Assembly (NCBI GenBank): GCA_963783385.1
Contig: CAWANJ010000007.1
Span: 192,001-256,000, forward strand
Origin: an uncultured Gemmatimonadales bacterium
GTDB taxonomy: Bacteria; Gemmatimonadota; Gemmatimonadetes; Palauibacterales; Palauibacteraceae
Length of the DNA: 64,000 bases
Direction: 5' to 3'
Shown: piece by piece, positions 10,058-20,725 of the stretch
Layout of the letters: each line of letters starts with the position of its first letter
Numbering within the stretch: position 1 is the first letter of the stretch
Translations under genes and position numbers: made by a program
The notes under the pieces: generated by a model
The model's input: only the letters and a program-made list of their open reading frames with translations
The model's database searches: none
What the model was told of the DNA's origin: nothing

Positions 10058-11098
10058 ATGAGCATCGACGAGGTACTGGCGCCGCTGCGCAGCTGGTCGG
10101 CCGAGGGGCGGCGCGCCGGGGTCGCGACCCTGGTGCGCGTGCGACGCTCCGCTCCGCGCCTGCCGGGAGCGAGGTTCGCGGTCAGCGAGGACGGCCGCCT
10201 GGCCGGCTCGGTCTCCAGCGGCTGCGTAGAGGGGGACCTGCACGAGCACATCGGCCAGCTGCTGGCGGGTGGGGAGCCCCGACTCGTCCACTATGGCATC
10301 ACCGACGAGATGGCGGCCGACGTGGGCCTGGCGTGCGGGGGCGAGATCGATGTCCTGGTGGCGCCGCACGATCCCTCCAGTCCGGTGTGGAGCGCGCTCG
10401 GGGACGTGCTGGACCGGCGCGGAGCGGCCCTCCTGGTCACCGGCCTCTCCGAAGGCATCCGGGGCCGTGCGCTGCTCGAGGAGGCGGAGGGTCGTCGATT
10501 CGGGGGGCTGGGGGACACGGCCCTGGACGAGGCCGCGCTGGAGGCGGCGCGTCCCCTGCTGACCACCGGAGGGACCGGGGTGGTCGATCTGGAGGATCCT
10601 CCGGCCACCCTGTTCCTCGAGGCCTTCCTGCCACCCCCGCGGCTGGCCATCGTGGGCGCGAGCCCGGTGGCGCAGGCGCTCTGCCACCTGGCGGCCTGGC
10701 TCGGCGACGAGGTCACGGTCGTGGACCCGCGCGCGGCCTTCGCGGACCCGGCCAGGTTTCCCGAGGCGGCCCGCGTCGTCCGCGCCTGGCCCGAGGAAGG
10801 CCTGGCGGAAGCCGGGCTGGACCGCTGGCTGGACGTGGTGGTGCTGGCCCACGACCGGAAGCTCGACGTCCCGGCGCTGGAGACCGCGCTGCGGGCCGGG
10901 TGTCGGTACGTGGGCCAGATCGGCGGGTCCCGCACCCAGCGCCTTCGCCGCGAAGCCCTCGAGGAGCGCGGTGTGGACGAGGCGGCCATCGACCGCATCC
11001 GCGGTCCGGTGGGGCTCGACATCGGAGCCCTCGGTCCCGGGGAGATCGCCGTGGCCATCCTGGCGGAGCTGGTCGCCGTGAGGCGGGGCAGGGCGTGA
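10058..11098 (+). CDS. xdhC: XdhC/CoxI family molybdoenzyme maturation factor
   Basis: [46 protein letters not shown]. Confidence 0.9.
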   Translation: MSIDEVLAPLRSWSAEGRRAGVATLVRVRRSAPRLPGARFAVSEDGRLAGSVSSGCVEGDLHEHIGQLLAGGEPRLVHYGITDEMAADVGLACGGEIDVLVAPHDPSSPVWSALGDVLDRRGAALLVTGLSEGIRGRALLEEAEGRRFGGLGDTALDEAALEAARPLLTTGGTGVVDLEDPPATLFLEAFLPPPRLAIVGASPVAQALCHLAAWLGDEVTVVDPRAAFADPARFPEAARVVRAWPEEGLAEAGLDRWLDVVVLAHDRKLDVPALETALRAGCRYVGQIGGSRTQRLRREALEERGVDEAAIDRIRGPVGLDIGALGPGEIAVAILAELVAVRRGRA

Positions 11099-11757
11099 CG
11101 GCGACTCCTCCCGAACGGGCCCGGGTGGCGGGCCTGGTGCTGGCGGCCGGTGCATCGAGCCGCCTGCACGGAGGCTCGAAGCTGCTGCTGCCCTATGCGG
11201 GCGGGCCGCTGGTCGCGGCTCCCGTGCGGGCGGCGCTGGACGCCGGCCTGGATCCCGTGGTCGTCGTCGTGGGACACCGGGGCGCGGAAGTGCGCGCCGG
11301 CCTCGCGTCGCTCGAGGACGCGGCGGGTCGGGTGAGGGTCGCTGCCGTGACGGATCCGTCGCTCGGGCAGGCCTCCTCCCTGTCGGCCGGGATCGGGGCC
11401 CTCGAGGCGGAGCCGGAGGTCGAGGCGGCGGCGGTCCTCCTGGGCGACGAGCCCGGTGTGCGGGCGGAGGACATCCGGCGGGTCGTGGAGGTGTGGCGCC
11501 GGGGAGGGACGGCGGTCGTCCGGGCCCGCTACCGGGACCGCCCGGGCCATCCCGTGGTGTTCGGCCGGAGCTGGTTCGCGCGTCTCGCGGGACTGACGGG
11601 GGACCATGGCGCCGGGGGGCTCCTCGAGACCCGCCGGGACGACGTGATCGAGGCGAGGCTTCCGGGCACCGCTCCCGTGGACGTGGACACGCGGGAGGAC
11701 TACGCCGCAGCCGCCCGGCGGGCGGGGATCGAGCGGGATGGGGGCGTCTCGTCGTGA
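11095..11757 (+). CDS. mocA: Molybdenum cofactor cytidylyltransferase (MocA-like NTP transferase)
   Basis: GTGA overlap with xdh[40 protein letters not shown]. Confidence 0.85.
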   Translation: MTATPPERARVAGLVLAAGASSRLHGGSKLLLPYAGGPLVAAPVRAALDAGLDPVVVVVGHRGAEVRAGLASLEDAAGRVRVAAVTDPSLGQASSLSAGIGALEAEPEVEAAAVLLGDEPGVRAEDIRRVVEVWRRGGTAVVRARYRDRPGHPVVFGRSWFARLAGLTGDHGAGGLLETRRDDVIEARLPGTAPVDVDTREDYAAAARRAGIERDGGVSS

Positions 11758-12764
11758 GCGCAGGCCGGGGCGCCATCGCCGTGGTGGCCTCGGCGGCCCT
11801 CCTCGCCGGCGGCTGCCGCCGGGTGGGCCGCGCCGGAGAGCCGGTGGACGTGGTGTACGCCGCTTCTCTCACCGCCGCCATGGAGCAGGCGATCGGCCCG
11901 GCATTCCGGGCGAGCGCGGGACGCGGCTTCCGCGGCGTCGCTCGGGGCTCCACGGCGGGGGCCCACCAGATCCGGGACGGTGTCCTCCAGGCCGACGCCT
12001 ACATCACCGCCGATCCGGGCACCCTCTCGGGGCTGGGGCCGTCCGATCCGGGGTGGGCGATCGCCTTCGCGACCGGGGAGCTGGCGCTGGGCTACCGGAA
12101 GGACGGCCGTTTCGCGCCCGCCCTGGACAGCGCGTCTCGGGGACGGGTGGCGTGGTGGCGCGTGCTGGAACGGCCGGGCTTTCGGTTCGGACGAACCGAT
12201 CCGGCGCTGGACCCCAAGGGATACCGGACGCTGTGGCTGTTCCGGCTGGCGGCCCGCCGGTACGACGCCCCGGGCCTGGCCGACCGCCTCCCGGGAGGAG
12301 AGCGCCAGCTGTTCCCCGAGGACCAGCTGGCCGCGCGCGTGGAGACCGGCCAGCTGGACGCCGGCGTCTTCTACCTGTCGGAAGCACGCGCCCAGGGCCT
12401 GGCGGTGGTCCGCCTGCCGCCCGAGGTGAGCCTGGGTGATCCGGCCTGTGCCGACCTGTACCGGACGATGACGTACCGCGCTCCGGACGGCACCGAGTTC
12501 CGGGGAGGGACCATCCTGTACGCCGCCACGGTGCCGGTCGGCGCCCCGGACGCGGCCGCCGGCGACCGCTTCCTGAGCTTCCTCCTCTCCGACCGTGGCC
12601 GCGCGGAGCTCGCGGCCCGCGGTTACGAGCCGACGGCATCCCTGCTGGGGGACACGACGCGGGCGCCGGAGGAGCTGGCGCGCCTGGTCCGGTCGCGCTC
12701 GACGGGCGCAGACGGCACGGGGATGGGCTCGGCATGTGGAACCGACTCCGCCGGAGCGCCGTGA
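11754..12764 (+). CDS. Molybdate/tungstate ABC substrate-binding lipoprotein (WtpA/ModA-like)
   Basis: Lipobox-like LAGGC; [42 protein letters not shown]. Lies in the Moco gene cluster. Confidence 0.8.
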   Translation: MSAGRGAIAVVASAALLAGGCRRVGRAGEPVDVVYAASLTAAMEQAIGPAFRASAGRGFRGVARGSTAGAHQIRDGVLQADAYITADPGTLSGLGPSDPGWAIAFATGELALGYRKDGRFAPALDSASRGRVAWWRVLERPGFRFGRTDPALDPKGYRTLWLFRLAARRYDAPGLADRLPGGERQLFPEDQLAARVETGQLDAGVFYLSEARAQGLAVVRLPPEVSLGDPACADLYRTMTYRAPDGTEFRGGTILYAATVPVGAPDAAAGDRFLSFLLSDRGRAELAARGYEPTASLLGDTTRAPEELARLVRSRSTGADGTGMGSACGTDSAGAP

Positions 12765-13705
12765 GCGCGGCCGGTGGGCGTCGCAGCGTGTGGGTGGCAC
12801 TCGTCGCCAACCTCCTCATCGCCGTCACCAAGTTCGTGGCCGCCGCGGTGAGCGGGAGCTCGGCGCTGTTCGCCGAGGGAATCCACTCGGTCGTCGACAC
12901 CGGGAACCAGGGTCTCCTCCTGCTGGGGATCTCACGGGGAGCCCGACCGCCGGACGAGGAGCACCCGTTCGGGCACGGGCGCGAGGTCTACTTCTGGAGC
13001 TTCGTGGTCGCGCTCCTCGTGTTCGCTGTCGGCGCCGGCGTGTCCCTGTACGAGGGGGTGATCCACGTCCTGGACCCGGCACCGATCCGGGACCTGGTGG
13101 TCAACTACATCGTGCTCGGGGTGGCCTTTCTGTTCGAGGCGGGGTCCCTCGTGGTGGCGGGCCGCGAGTTCCGCGAGCGCTCGGAAGGTCGAGGCTTCTT
13201 CCGGACGATCCGCGAGAGCAAGGACCCGACGGTGTACACGGTCGTCCTCGAGGACGGGGCGGCCCTGGTGGGGCTCGCTTTCGCCTTCGCGGGTAACCTC
13301 CTGTTCGATCTCACGGGAGCGCCCGCCTGGGATGGCGTGGCGTCGCTGGCGATCGGCGGTCTGTTGGCGGCGATCGCCGCGTGGCTGGCGCACGAGACGC
13401 AGGGGCTCCTGATCGGGGAGGCGGCGAATGACCGCGTGCGCGACACGATCCGAGGGCTGGTCGAGCGCCAGAGCGGGGTGGCGGCCGCGCGCCGGATGCT
13501 GACCACGCACCTGGGGCCCGAGGAGATCCTGGTCAACCTGTCGGTCGACTTCGATGACGGCCGCTCGGCGGCCGACGTGGAGGCTGCCACTCGCCAGCTC
13601 ACGTCCCGCATCCGGGAGGCGCTCCCCCAGGTCCGCTGGGTGTTCGTGGAGACGACCGGCGACGAGGAGCCCGGGAGCGAGCCCGGCCTCCCCGGGTCGT
13701 CTTAG
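12761..13705 (+). CDS. Cation diffusion facilitator (CDF) family transporter
   Basis: ALVANLLIAVTKF, AEGIHSVVDTGNQ, HPFGHGRE.YFW, VLEDGAAL, T.HLGPEEILV. Confidence 0.9.
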   Translation: MSAAGGRRSVWVALVANLLIAVTKFVAAAVSGSSALFAEGIHSVVDTGNQGLLLLGISRGARPPDEEHPFGHGREVYFWSFVVALLVFAVGAGVSLYEGVIHVLDPAPIRDLVVNYIVLGVAFLFEAGSLVVAGREFRERSEGRGFFRTIRESKDPTVYTVVLEDGAALVGLAFAFAGNLLFDLTGAPAWDGVASLAIGGLLAAIAAWLAHETQGLLIGEAANDRVRDTIRGLVERQSGVAAARRMLTTHLGPEEILVNLSVDFDDGRSAADVEAATRQLTSRIREALPQVRWVFVETTGDEEPGSEPGLPGSS

Positions 13706-13713
13706 GAGCGCTC

Positions 13714-14758
13714 GTGTCCCTCCGCAAGGTCGCGGCCGTGGGGCTGATCGCCGTGTGGGCGGGCTTGCTGCTGTGGCAGGCGCGCCGGCTCTATCTGCGA
13801 CCCGAGGTCGCCAGGGTCGCCACGGCCGCCCGGCGCATCCCCTCCCGGGGTGGCCTACTACGCGGTGAGCCGGGCCGGTCGCCGCGTCGGCTGGGCCCAG
13901 AGCGCCGTCGACACCCTCCCCGGGGGTTCGGGATTCCGTCTCACCGACCGCATCGTGGTGGAGCTCCGGGCGCTGGCGGCGTCGGCGGGCGGCGAGCTGC
14001 CGTCGATCGGACATTCGGACGCCGGGGCCGGGGCAAGCAGCCCGGACGCGGGGCCCGACAGGTCGGCGGCCGGCGGCGCCCCGGGCACCGTCGAGATCCG
14101 GTCGGAGGCCCGGGTCGGGCCGACCCTGGCGCTGCAGTGGTTCCGCGCCACCTCCACCGGGCTCCTGGGAGGGCTGTCGGCGCGCGGCGACGTCGAGGGT
14201 GACTCTCTGCTCCTGCTGCAGGCCACCGACTCGGCGGGCCGGGGGCGCGGGCCGGTCGACACGGTGCGGACGCACGGTCCCATCGTGTTCGAGAACGCGG
14301 TGCCGCTCCGGGTGGCGGCCGAGCAGCGGGCCGGAGCGCGCGACAGCCTGCGCGTGCGCGTGTTCGACCCGCTCGCCATGGCCCCGCGCACCGTGACCCT
14401 CCGCATCCTCGAGCGGGCCACCCGGACGTATCCGGACAGCGCCGACCGGGACTCGGTGAGCGGTCGGTGGGTGGCGGCCCGGCTCGACACGGTGAGGGCC
14501 TGGAAGGTGGCCCGGGAGCAGGGGGGGCTGAGCCTGACCTCCTGGGTGGACGAAGATGGCCGCATCCTGGAGGCGGACGTGGGCGGTCTGGAGCTACGGC
14601 GTACGGCGTTCGAGCTGGCGTACTACGGGTTCGAGGCGCTGGAGAACACCGGTCCGGAGAGGGGCCCCGCCGGGAGACCCGGGGCCGATGTCGGCGCGGC
14701 GGACACCACCGGCGGACCGGGACGTGAACGGGACACCGGCACGGGAGGCGGCGGATGA
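13714..14758 (+). pseudogene. Membrane-anchored exported protein interrupted by a 1-bp frameshift near 13840 (pseudogene or sequencing error)
   Basis: The 13714 ORF gives a TM anchor ending RRIP and the 13850 ORF continues VAYYAV. Removing one base in atcccctcccggggtg joins them as RRIPPGVAYY. The stop overlaps the ABC ATPase start (ATGA). Confidence 0.6.
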
Positions 14759-15525
14759 TCCGGGTCGAGGGCCTCGTGAAGAAGTACGGCGAGTTCGTGG
14801 CCGTGGACGGAGTCGACCTCTCGGTCGGCTCCGGCGAAATCGTCGGCCTGCTCGGCCCCAACGGGGCGGGAAAGACGACCACCCTTCGGGTGATCGTGGG
14901 GATCCTCGAGGCCGACGACGGCCGGGTGGAGGTGGATGGGTACGACGTGTCTCGCCAGCCCCTGGATGCCAAGCGGCGCCTGGGCTTCGTGCCCGACCGC
15001 CCGTTCGTGTACGAGAAGCTCACGGGCGAGGAGCTGCTGCGATTCTCGGCGGGCCTGCGCGGACGCGTCGGCCCCGAGGTGGACCGGCGCATCGACGAGC
15101 TCCTCGAGCTCTGGGACCTGGAGCCGTGGCGGGACGAGCTGGTGGAGTCTTACAGCCACGGAATGCGCCAGAAGCTCATCCTCTCCTCGGCCCTCGTCCA
15201 CGGACCCTCCACCCTGGTCATCGACGAGCCAATGGTGGGTCTCGATCCGGCCGCCGCGCGGCTCCTGAAGCGGCTTCTCCGCCAGTTCGCCGACCAGGGA
15301 GGGGCGGCGCTGATCTCCACCCACACGCTCGAGTTCGCCGAGGCGCTATGCGACCGGCTGGAGGTGATCCGGAGCGGCACCATCCTGGCCCGCGGCACGA
15401 TGGAGGAGTTGCGCCGGCAGGCGGCGACCGAGAGCGGGGACCTCGAGGAGGTGTTCCTGCGCCTGGTGGGGGGCCTCGAGGAGCGCCGGATCGCGCGAGC
15501 GCTCACCGGGGATCCGCGGACGTGA
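14755..15525 (+). CDS. ABC transporter ATP-binding protein (ABC-2 exporter type)
   Basis: GPNGAGKTT, YSHGMRQK, LVIDEPMVGLDP, H-loop STH. Confidence 0.93.
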   Translation: MIRVEGLVKKYGEFVAVDGVDLSVGSGEIVGLLGPNGAGKTTTLRVIVGILEADDGRVEVDGYDVSRQPLDAKRRLGFVPDRPFVYEKLTGEELLRFSAGLRGRVGPEVDRRIDELLELWDLEPWRDELVESYSHGMRQKLILSSALVHGPSTLVIDEPMVGLDPAAARLLKRLLRQFADQGGAALISTHTLEFAEALCDRLEVIRSGTILARGTMEELRRQAATESGDLEEVFLRLVGGLEERRIARALTGDPRT

Positions 15526-17216
15526 GGACCTGGCGGGAGTTCACCTGGCTGGTGCGGGTCAAGGCCCTGTCGGGCCTGGCGCGCGGGGCGCACGGGGCGG
15601 GGCGGGCGGGCCGCATCGCCCTGGTTCTCGGCGTGGGCGGGCTCACCCTCCCCGGCATCTACCTTCTGCTGGTCCGATTCCTCCGTTCGCTGCAGTCCAC
15701 GGCCGAGGTGGGTCCGCTGCTGGCGGCCAAGCTGCTCGGCCTGGGGCTCATGCTCCTCCTGTCCATCCTGCTCCTGTCCAACCTGATCGCCGCGCTGTCG
15801 AGCTTCTTCCTGGCGCGCGACCTTCCGATCATCCTGGCGGCGCCCGTGGACTGGCTGGCGGTGTACGGCGCCCGCCTGGTCGAGACGGGTGTGAGCTCGT
15901 CGTGGATGGTGGCGCTCGTTCTCGTGCCGGTTCTGGCGGCGTACGGGAGGGTGTACGGCGCCGGGCCGGCCTACGTGGGCTATGCCGTCCTGGTCATCGT
16001 GCCGCTGCTCGTGATCCCCGCGGCGGCCGGGAGCGCCGTCACCCTCCTCCTGGTCCGGGTGTTCCCGGCTCGCCGGACCCGGGACCTGCTCGGGGTGATC
16101 GCGGCCGCGGGCGTGGCGCTCCTGGTCCTCGGGCTCCGTATGCTCCGGCCGGAGCGGCTCGTGAACCCGGAGGGCTTCCGCAACCTCATGGACTTCCTGG
16201 CCGTCCTGCGCGGACCGTCCTCTCCCTGGCTGCCATCCCAGTGGACGGCGGACGCCCTCATGGGCTTCCTCCGGGGCCGCGCGGATCCCTTCCTCCCCCT
16301 GCTCCTGTGGGGGACGGCCGGGGGCGTGACCGCCCTCGGCGCCGTCCTCCACCAGCAGCACTACTCGACCTGCTACACGCGGGCCCAGGAGGGCGCCACG
16401 CGGCGAGTACGCTGGGGCCGGGTGTGGAACGGGCTCGGTCGGCTGCTCCGACCCCTGGGACCGCAGCGCCGAGAACTCGTGCTGAAGGACGCCCGCGTGT
16501 TCTTCCGGGACGCGACCCAGTGGTCGCAGCTCATCATCCTCGGCGTGCTCGTGGTCGTCTACGTCTACAACATGCGGGTCCTGCCGCTGCGCTCCAGCGA
16601 ATCCGTGGGCCGCTACCTGTCCTCCCTGGTGACCTTCCTGAACGTGGCCCTCACCGGGTTCGTCCTGGCCGCCATCGCGGCGCGCTTCGTGTTCCCGGCC
16701 CTGAGTCTCGAGGGACGGACGCTGTGGCTGCTACGGTCCTCGCCCCTGCCGGCGTCGTCCCTCCTGTGGTCCAAGTTCTGGTCGGGGATGGTGCCGCTCC
16801 TGGTGCTCGCCCTGGCGCTCACCCTGCTCACCACGGCCGGGCTCGGCGTGGGCCCCGAGGTCACAGTCCTGTCGGTCGTCACGGTCACGGGCCTCACCGC
16901 CACCTTCACGGCTCAGGCGCTGGCCTGGGGCATCGCCTACCCCAAGTTCGAGAGCGAGAACGCGGCCCAGATCCCGACGTCCATCGGAGGCCTCCTGTTC
17001 ATGCTCGGCGCCCTGCTGACGCTGGGGGTGGTGGTCGCCTTCCAGCTGTGGGCCATGCGCGGATGGGTGCGGAGCGGCCTGCCGTGGCGCCGGGCCCGGC
17101 CGCCGTCCGCGGAGGAGATGGGGGTGGCGATCGGCTTCACCGTGGCCCTGTGCGCGGTGAGCGGCGCCCTGGCCTACCGGGACGCGCGCCGCCGGCTGGA
17201 ACGGCTGGAGGCGTAG
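15522..17216 (+). CDS. Putative ABC exporter permease (multi-TM)
   Basis: GTGA overlap. Many hydrophobic helices; SSFFLARDL, KDARVFFRD..QWSQ, SLEGRTLWLLRSSP. Confidence 0.85.
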   Translation: MRTWREFTWLVRVKALSGLARGAHGAGRAGRIALVLGVGGLTLPGIYLLLVRFLRSLQSTAEVGPLLAAKLLGLGLMLLLSILLLSNLIAALSSFFLARDLPIILAAPVDWLAVYGARLVETGVSSSWMVALVLVPVLAAYGRVYGAGPAYVGYAVLVIVPLLVIPAAAGSAVTLLLVRVFPARRTRDLLGVIAAAGVALLVLGLRMLRPERLVNPEGFRNLMDFLAVLRGPSSPWLPSQWTADALMGFLRGRADPFLPLLLWGTAGGVTALGAVLHQQHYSTCYTRAQEGATRRVRWGRVWNGLGRLLRPLGPQRRELVLKDARVFFRDATQWSQLIILGVLVVVYVYNMRVLPLRSSESVGRYLSSLVTFLNVALTGFVLAAIAARFVFPALSLEGRTLWLLRSSPLPASSLLWSKFWSGMVPLLVLALALTLLTTAGLGVGPEVTVLSVVTVTGLTATFTAQALAWGIAYPKFESENAAQIPTSIGGLLFMLGALLTLGVVVAFQLWAMRGWVRSGLPWRRARPPSAEEMGVAIGFTVALCAVSGALAYRDARRRLERLEA

Positions 17217-17246
17217 CGCGGGGCCTCCGCTGCGCCCCCGAAGGTC

Positions 17247-18356
17247 CTAGCGCCGCTCCCGGTGGATGGGCCACCGGTCCACCACCTCCTCGCCCACCAA
17301 CACGTGGTAGGCGTCGAAGCAGGCCGCGGCGAGGCAGGAGTGGTTGGGCAGCACGCGGACGCGCGTCCCGTAGGGTAGCCGCCCGCGGACGATGCCGTGC
17401 TCCTGGCTCAGGGAGACGAGCCTGACGTCGGGACGGAGCGTGCCGGGCCCGTCGGCGGCGAAGATCTCCCCCATGGAGCGCGGGCTCTCCCCCGCCCGCC
17501 CGCCGGCTCCCGGGTCCGCCGACAGGGCCAGCGCGCCGGTGTCCACCACGCAGTGGTCCGATGCGGGCTGGGAGGAGACGACCGTGGCGGCCACGCTGAG
17601 CGCGCAGTCCGCGGCCGTGCACGAGCCCAGGACCACCTGGGTGTAGTCGTAGAACGCGTAGTTGCCGGGCCGGGCCTCGTCGACCCCCTCGAGCGACCTG
17701 GCGGCGGACATGGCCGGGGTGGACCCGACGCTTACGGCGGGCACCTCGATCCCGGCCGACCGGAGGCGTTCCGCGGCGCCCGCCATGACGCTGCGCTCCT
17801 CCTCGGCGGCCGCTGCCAGCGCCTCCCGTCCACGGGCGTGGTACGCCTGTCCGGAGTGCGTGAGAAGCCCGTCGAACACGAGCGTGCGCGAGGACGCCAG
17901 GGCGTCGGCCAGCTCCGCGAGCCGGGTCCCCCCGGGGTCGAGTCCCGCGCGTCCGTACCCGCAGTCGACCTTCAGCCACACGTGGAAAGGGTGGCCGGAG
18001 GCCTCCAGCGACCGGATGGCCTCGGGGCCGTCGGCCAGGACCCGGAGACGCGCCCTCTCCCCGTCCACACGAGACGCCTCCTCGATGCGGCCCGGGATGA
18101 CCGGGAACGCCCAGGTCATGTCGTCGAAGCCGGCCGCCGCGAAGGCCCGGGCCTCCTCCAGCGTCGAGACCGTGATGCCCCGGGCGCCCCGTTCGCGCTG
18201 CAGCCGTCCAATCTCGATGCACTTGTGAGTCTTGATGTGCGGACGCAGGTGGACTCCGAGGGCGTCGGCGCGTCCGGCCATCCGGTCCAGGTTGCGCTCC
18301 AGGACCTCGAGGTCGAGGAGGAGGGCGGGCGTGGGCAGGTCGTGGATGGTCGTCAT
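17247..18356 (-). CDS. Fold-type III PLP enzyme, DSD1/D-threonine aldolase family
   Basis: LPTPALLLD, LRPHIKTHKC (PLP Lys), THSGQAY, GSTP, EARPGNY.FYD, SQEHG, PNHSC. Confidence 0.88.
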   Translation of the reverse strand: MTTIHDLPTPALLLDLEVLERNLDRMAGRADALGVHLRPHIKTHKCIEIGRLQRERGARGITVSTLEEARAFAAAGFDDMTWAFPVIPGRIEEASRVDGERARLRVLADGPEAIRSLEASGHPFHVWLKVDCGYGRAGLDPGGTRLAELADALASSRTLVFDGLLTHSGQAYHARGREALAAAAEEERSVMAGAAERLRSAGIEVPAVSVGSTPAMSAARSLEGVDEARPGNYAFYDYTQVVLGSCTAADCALSVAATVVSSQPASDHCVVDTGALALSADPGAGGRAGESPRSMGEIFAADGPGTLRPDVRLVSLSQEHGIVRGRLPYGTRVRVLPNHSCLAAACFDAYHVLVGEEVVDRWPIHRERR

Positions 18357-18508
18357 GACGGGCAAGGTAGGCGGGGGGCGCGGCGGCCGCGACGCCGGGC
18401 TCCCGTGCGTCGCGACGCTGGACCATCGGCCGGCGGGGCCGCATCGTGCGCGGCGGAGCGGGGAGCGAGGGTCGGGGAGGTGGACGTCCCACCGGGAAGG
18501 AGGTGAGC

Positions 18509-20590
18509 GTGGAGGGTCGCGGACCGGGCGGGAGGTCGGATCGAAAGCTCCCCCGCGTGTTCTACCTGCTGGCGGGCCTGGTGCTCGTCTACTTCCTCCT
18601 GCCGCTCGTCCTCTTCCTGCCCGACGTGTCGCTCGCGCGCCTCGGGGCGGAGCTGGCGCGGGGAGGGCTGGCGCGCGCCGTCGCCGTGTCGCTGGGCAGC
18701 GCCACCCTGGCCACCGCCCTGGCGGGGCTGTGCGGCGTTCCGCTCGGCTACCTGCTGGCACGGGATGCGGTCCGACCCGCCGGGCTGGTGCGCGTGCTGT
18801 CCCTCGTCCCGCTCGTCCTGCCGCCGATCGCCGCAGGGGTCCTCCTGCTCAACGTGTTCGGGCCCTCGGGTCTCATCGGCGGGCTGCTCCAGGCGGCCGG
18901 ATGGAGCTTCGTCAACGCCTTCGGCGGCATCGTGCTCGCACAGTGCTTCGTGGTGGCTCCCTTCGTGATCCTGTCCGCCGAGGCGGCGTTCCGGGCGCTC
19001 GATCCGACGCTGGAGGAGGCGGCCACCACGCTCGGGCAGTCCAGGGGCCGGGTGTTCCGGCGCGTGTCCCTCCCGCTGGCCCGTCACGGCCTGGCGGCGG
19101 GGCTGGCCCTGGCGTGGACTCGGGCGGCCGGCGAGTTCGGTGCCACGATGGTGCTGGCCTACCATCCCCACTCCCTGCCCGTCTACCTGTGGGTCCAGCT
19201 GACCAGCACCGGTCTCGGCGCCGCCCTGCCCGTGGCCCTCGTGGCCCTGTTCCTGGCGGGAGTCGTGCTCGCCGCCGCGCAGGCGCTGGCGGGGCGGGAG
19301 GGCGCGACGCCGGCCGACCGCAGCCTGCGCGGTCCGGCGCGCCGGGCCGCTGCGAGTCCCGGAGGCGGGCCGCGTCGCTTCGCCGGGAGCGGTGCGCCCG
19401 AAGGGGAAGCGGCGGCCCCGGCGGCCGGCGCTCCCGGTCCCGTCCTCTCCCTGGACGTCGAGCACCGCCTCGGCGACTTCCACCTGCGCGCTCGCCTCGA
19501 GGTGGCGCGGGAGATCGTCACGCTGTTCGGGCCCTCGGGGGCGGGAAAGACCACGCTCCTCCGCCTGGCCGCCGGTCTGGAGCGGCCGAGGAGCGGCCGG
19601 GTGTCGGTAGGCGGACGGGACGCGTTCGCCTCGGAGGACGAGCCGGGCGGCCCCCGCTGGGTCCCGGCCGAGGGCCGGGCCGTGGGCATGGTGTTCCAGC
19701 AACCGGCCCTGTTCCCGCATCTGACGGTGTGGGAGAACGTCCTGTTCGGCGCCGGCGCGCACCCGGGCTCGGCCGCCCGCTCCGAGGCGGTCGAGCTCCT
19801 GGGGATGGTCAGGCTGGACGGCCTGGACACGCGTTATCCCTCCGAGCTGTCGGGCGGACAGCAGCAGCGGGTCGCCCTGGCCCGCGCGCTCCTTCGCCGA
19901 CCGTCCGTTCTCCTCCTGGACGAGCCCTTCTCCGGCCTCGACAGCAACATGAAGGAGCAGCTCCTGCTGGACGTGCACGACATCCAGAGGTCGCGCGGAC
20001 TGGGCGTACTCTACATCACGCACGACCTGCGGGACGCGTGCTCGCTGGGGGACCGCATGGCCGTGATCGCCGACGGGCGCATCGCCCAGGTGGGAGCGCC
20101 CCTGGAGGTCATTCGCCGGCCGGCGAGCCTGGACGTGGCCCGCTTCGTGGGAACTCGGAACCTGCTGCCGGGCCGGGTGGAAGCGGTCGGGGGGGGAACG
20201 GTCGCCGTGAGACTGGAGGGCGGCCCGGTGCTCCACGCCTCGGGCGCTCCCCCCTGCGCCCCCGGCGAGGAAGTGGTCGCCTGTGTCCGCCCCGAGGCCG
20301 TGGACCTGGTCGAGCCGGGCACGACGGAGGAGGGTGAGGGCGCGACCCTCCTGCCGGGCCGTGTCGTCCTCGAGCGGCTGCGCGGGGCGACCTCGACCCT
20401 GACTCTGACCCTGGAAGGCGCGGAGCAGGAGGTCCGGGCCCCGGCGCCGCTGCACGTCGAGGTCGAAGTCCCCGTCCGCTCCTACGAGGCACTCGGGGGA
20501 CATCGGAGGGACCGGTGGGTGCTGCGGATCCGTCCCTCCGTCGTGCACGTCCTGCGCTCGTCGCGCCCCTCCTCGGCCCACGGTCCCTGA
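18509..20590 (+). CDS. Fused molybdate/tungstate ABC permease + ATPase (ModB-ModC fusion)
   Basis: N-terminal PLVLPP, EEAATTLG, RAAGEFGAT (ModB). C-terminal GPSGAGKTT, LSGGQQQRVALARAL, LLLDEPF, TOBE-like tail. GGAGG RBS before the GTG. Confidence 0.88.
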   Translation: MEGRGPGGRSDRKLPRVFYLLAGLVLVYFLLPLVLFLPDVSLARLGAELARGGLARAVAVSLGSATLATALAGLCGVPLGYLLARDAVRPAGLVRVLSLVPLVLPPIAAGVLLLNVFGPSGLIGGLLQAAGWSFVNAFGGIVLAQCFVVAPFVILSAEAAFRALDPTLEEAATTLGQSRGRVFRRVSLPLARHGLAAGLALAWTRAAGEFGATMVLAYHPHSLPVYLWVQLTSTGLGAALPVALVALFLAGVVLAAAQALAGREGATPADRSLRGPARRAAASPGGGPRRFAGSGAPEGEAAAPAAGAPGPVLSLDVEHRLGDFHLRARLEVAREIVTLFGPSGAGKTTLLRLAAGLERPRSGRVSVGGRDAFASEDEPGGPRWVPAEGRAVGMVFQQPALFPHLTVWENVLFGAGAHPGSAARSEAVELLGMVRLDGLDTRYPSELSGGQQQRVALARALLRRPSVLLLDEPFSGLDSNMKEQLLLDVHDIQRSRGLGVLYITHDLRDACSLGDRMAVIADGRIAQVGAPLEVIRRPASLDVARFVGTRNLLPGRVEAVGGGTVAVRLEGGPVLHASGAPPCAPGEEVVACVRPEAVDLVEPGTTEEGEGATLLPGRVVLERLRGATSTLTLTLEGAEQEVRAPAPLHVEVEVPVRSYEALGGHRRDRWVLRIRPSVVHVLRSSRPSSAHGP

Positions 20591-20605
20591 CGCCCCGATC
20601 CGGAT

Positions 20606-20632
20606 GTGACGCGCGGCCCACCTCCCTCGTCA
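20606..20632 (+). promoter_or_regulatory. Candidate ECF sigma promoter GTGAC-N17-CGTC, copy 1
   Basis: GTGAC 20606-20610, 17-nt spacer, CGTC 20628-20631, upstream of the ECF operon. The same motif and spacing recur at 24285-24310. Confidence 0.5.
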
Positions 20633-20725
20633 CCGGGATGCTGGTGGTAGAGCGCGTGCCGGCGCCGAACGACCCGGTGCCCGGCGAGCGCGCGGCGAGC
20701 GATCACGGGACGAGCGAGGGAATCG

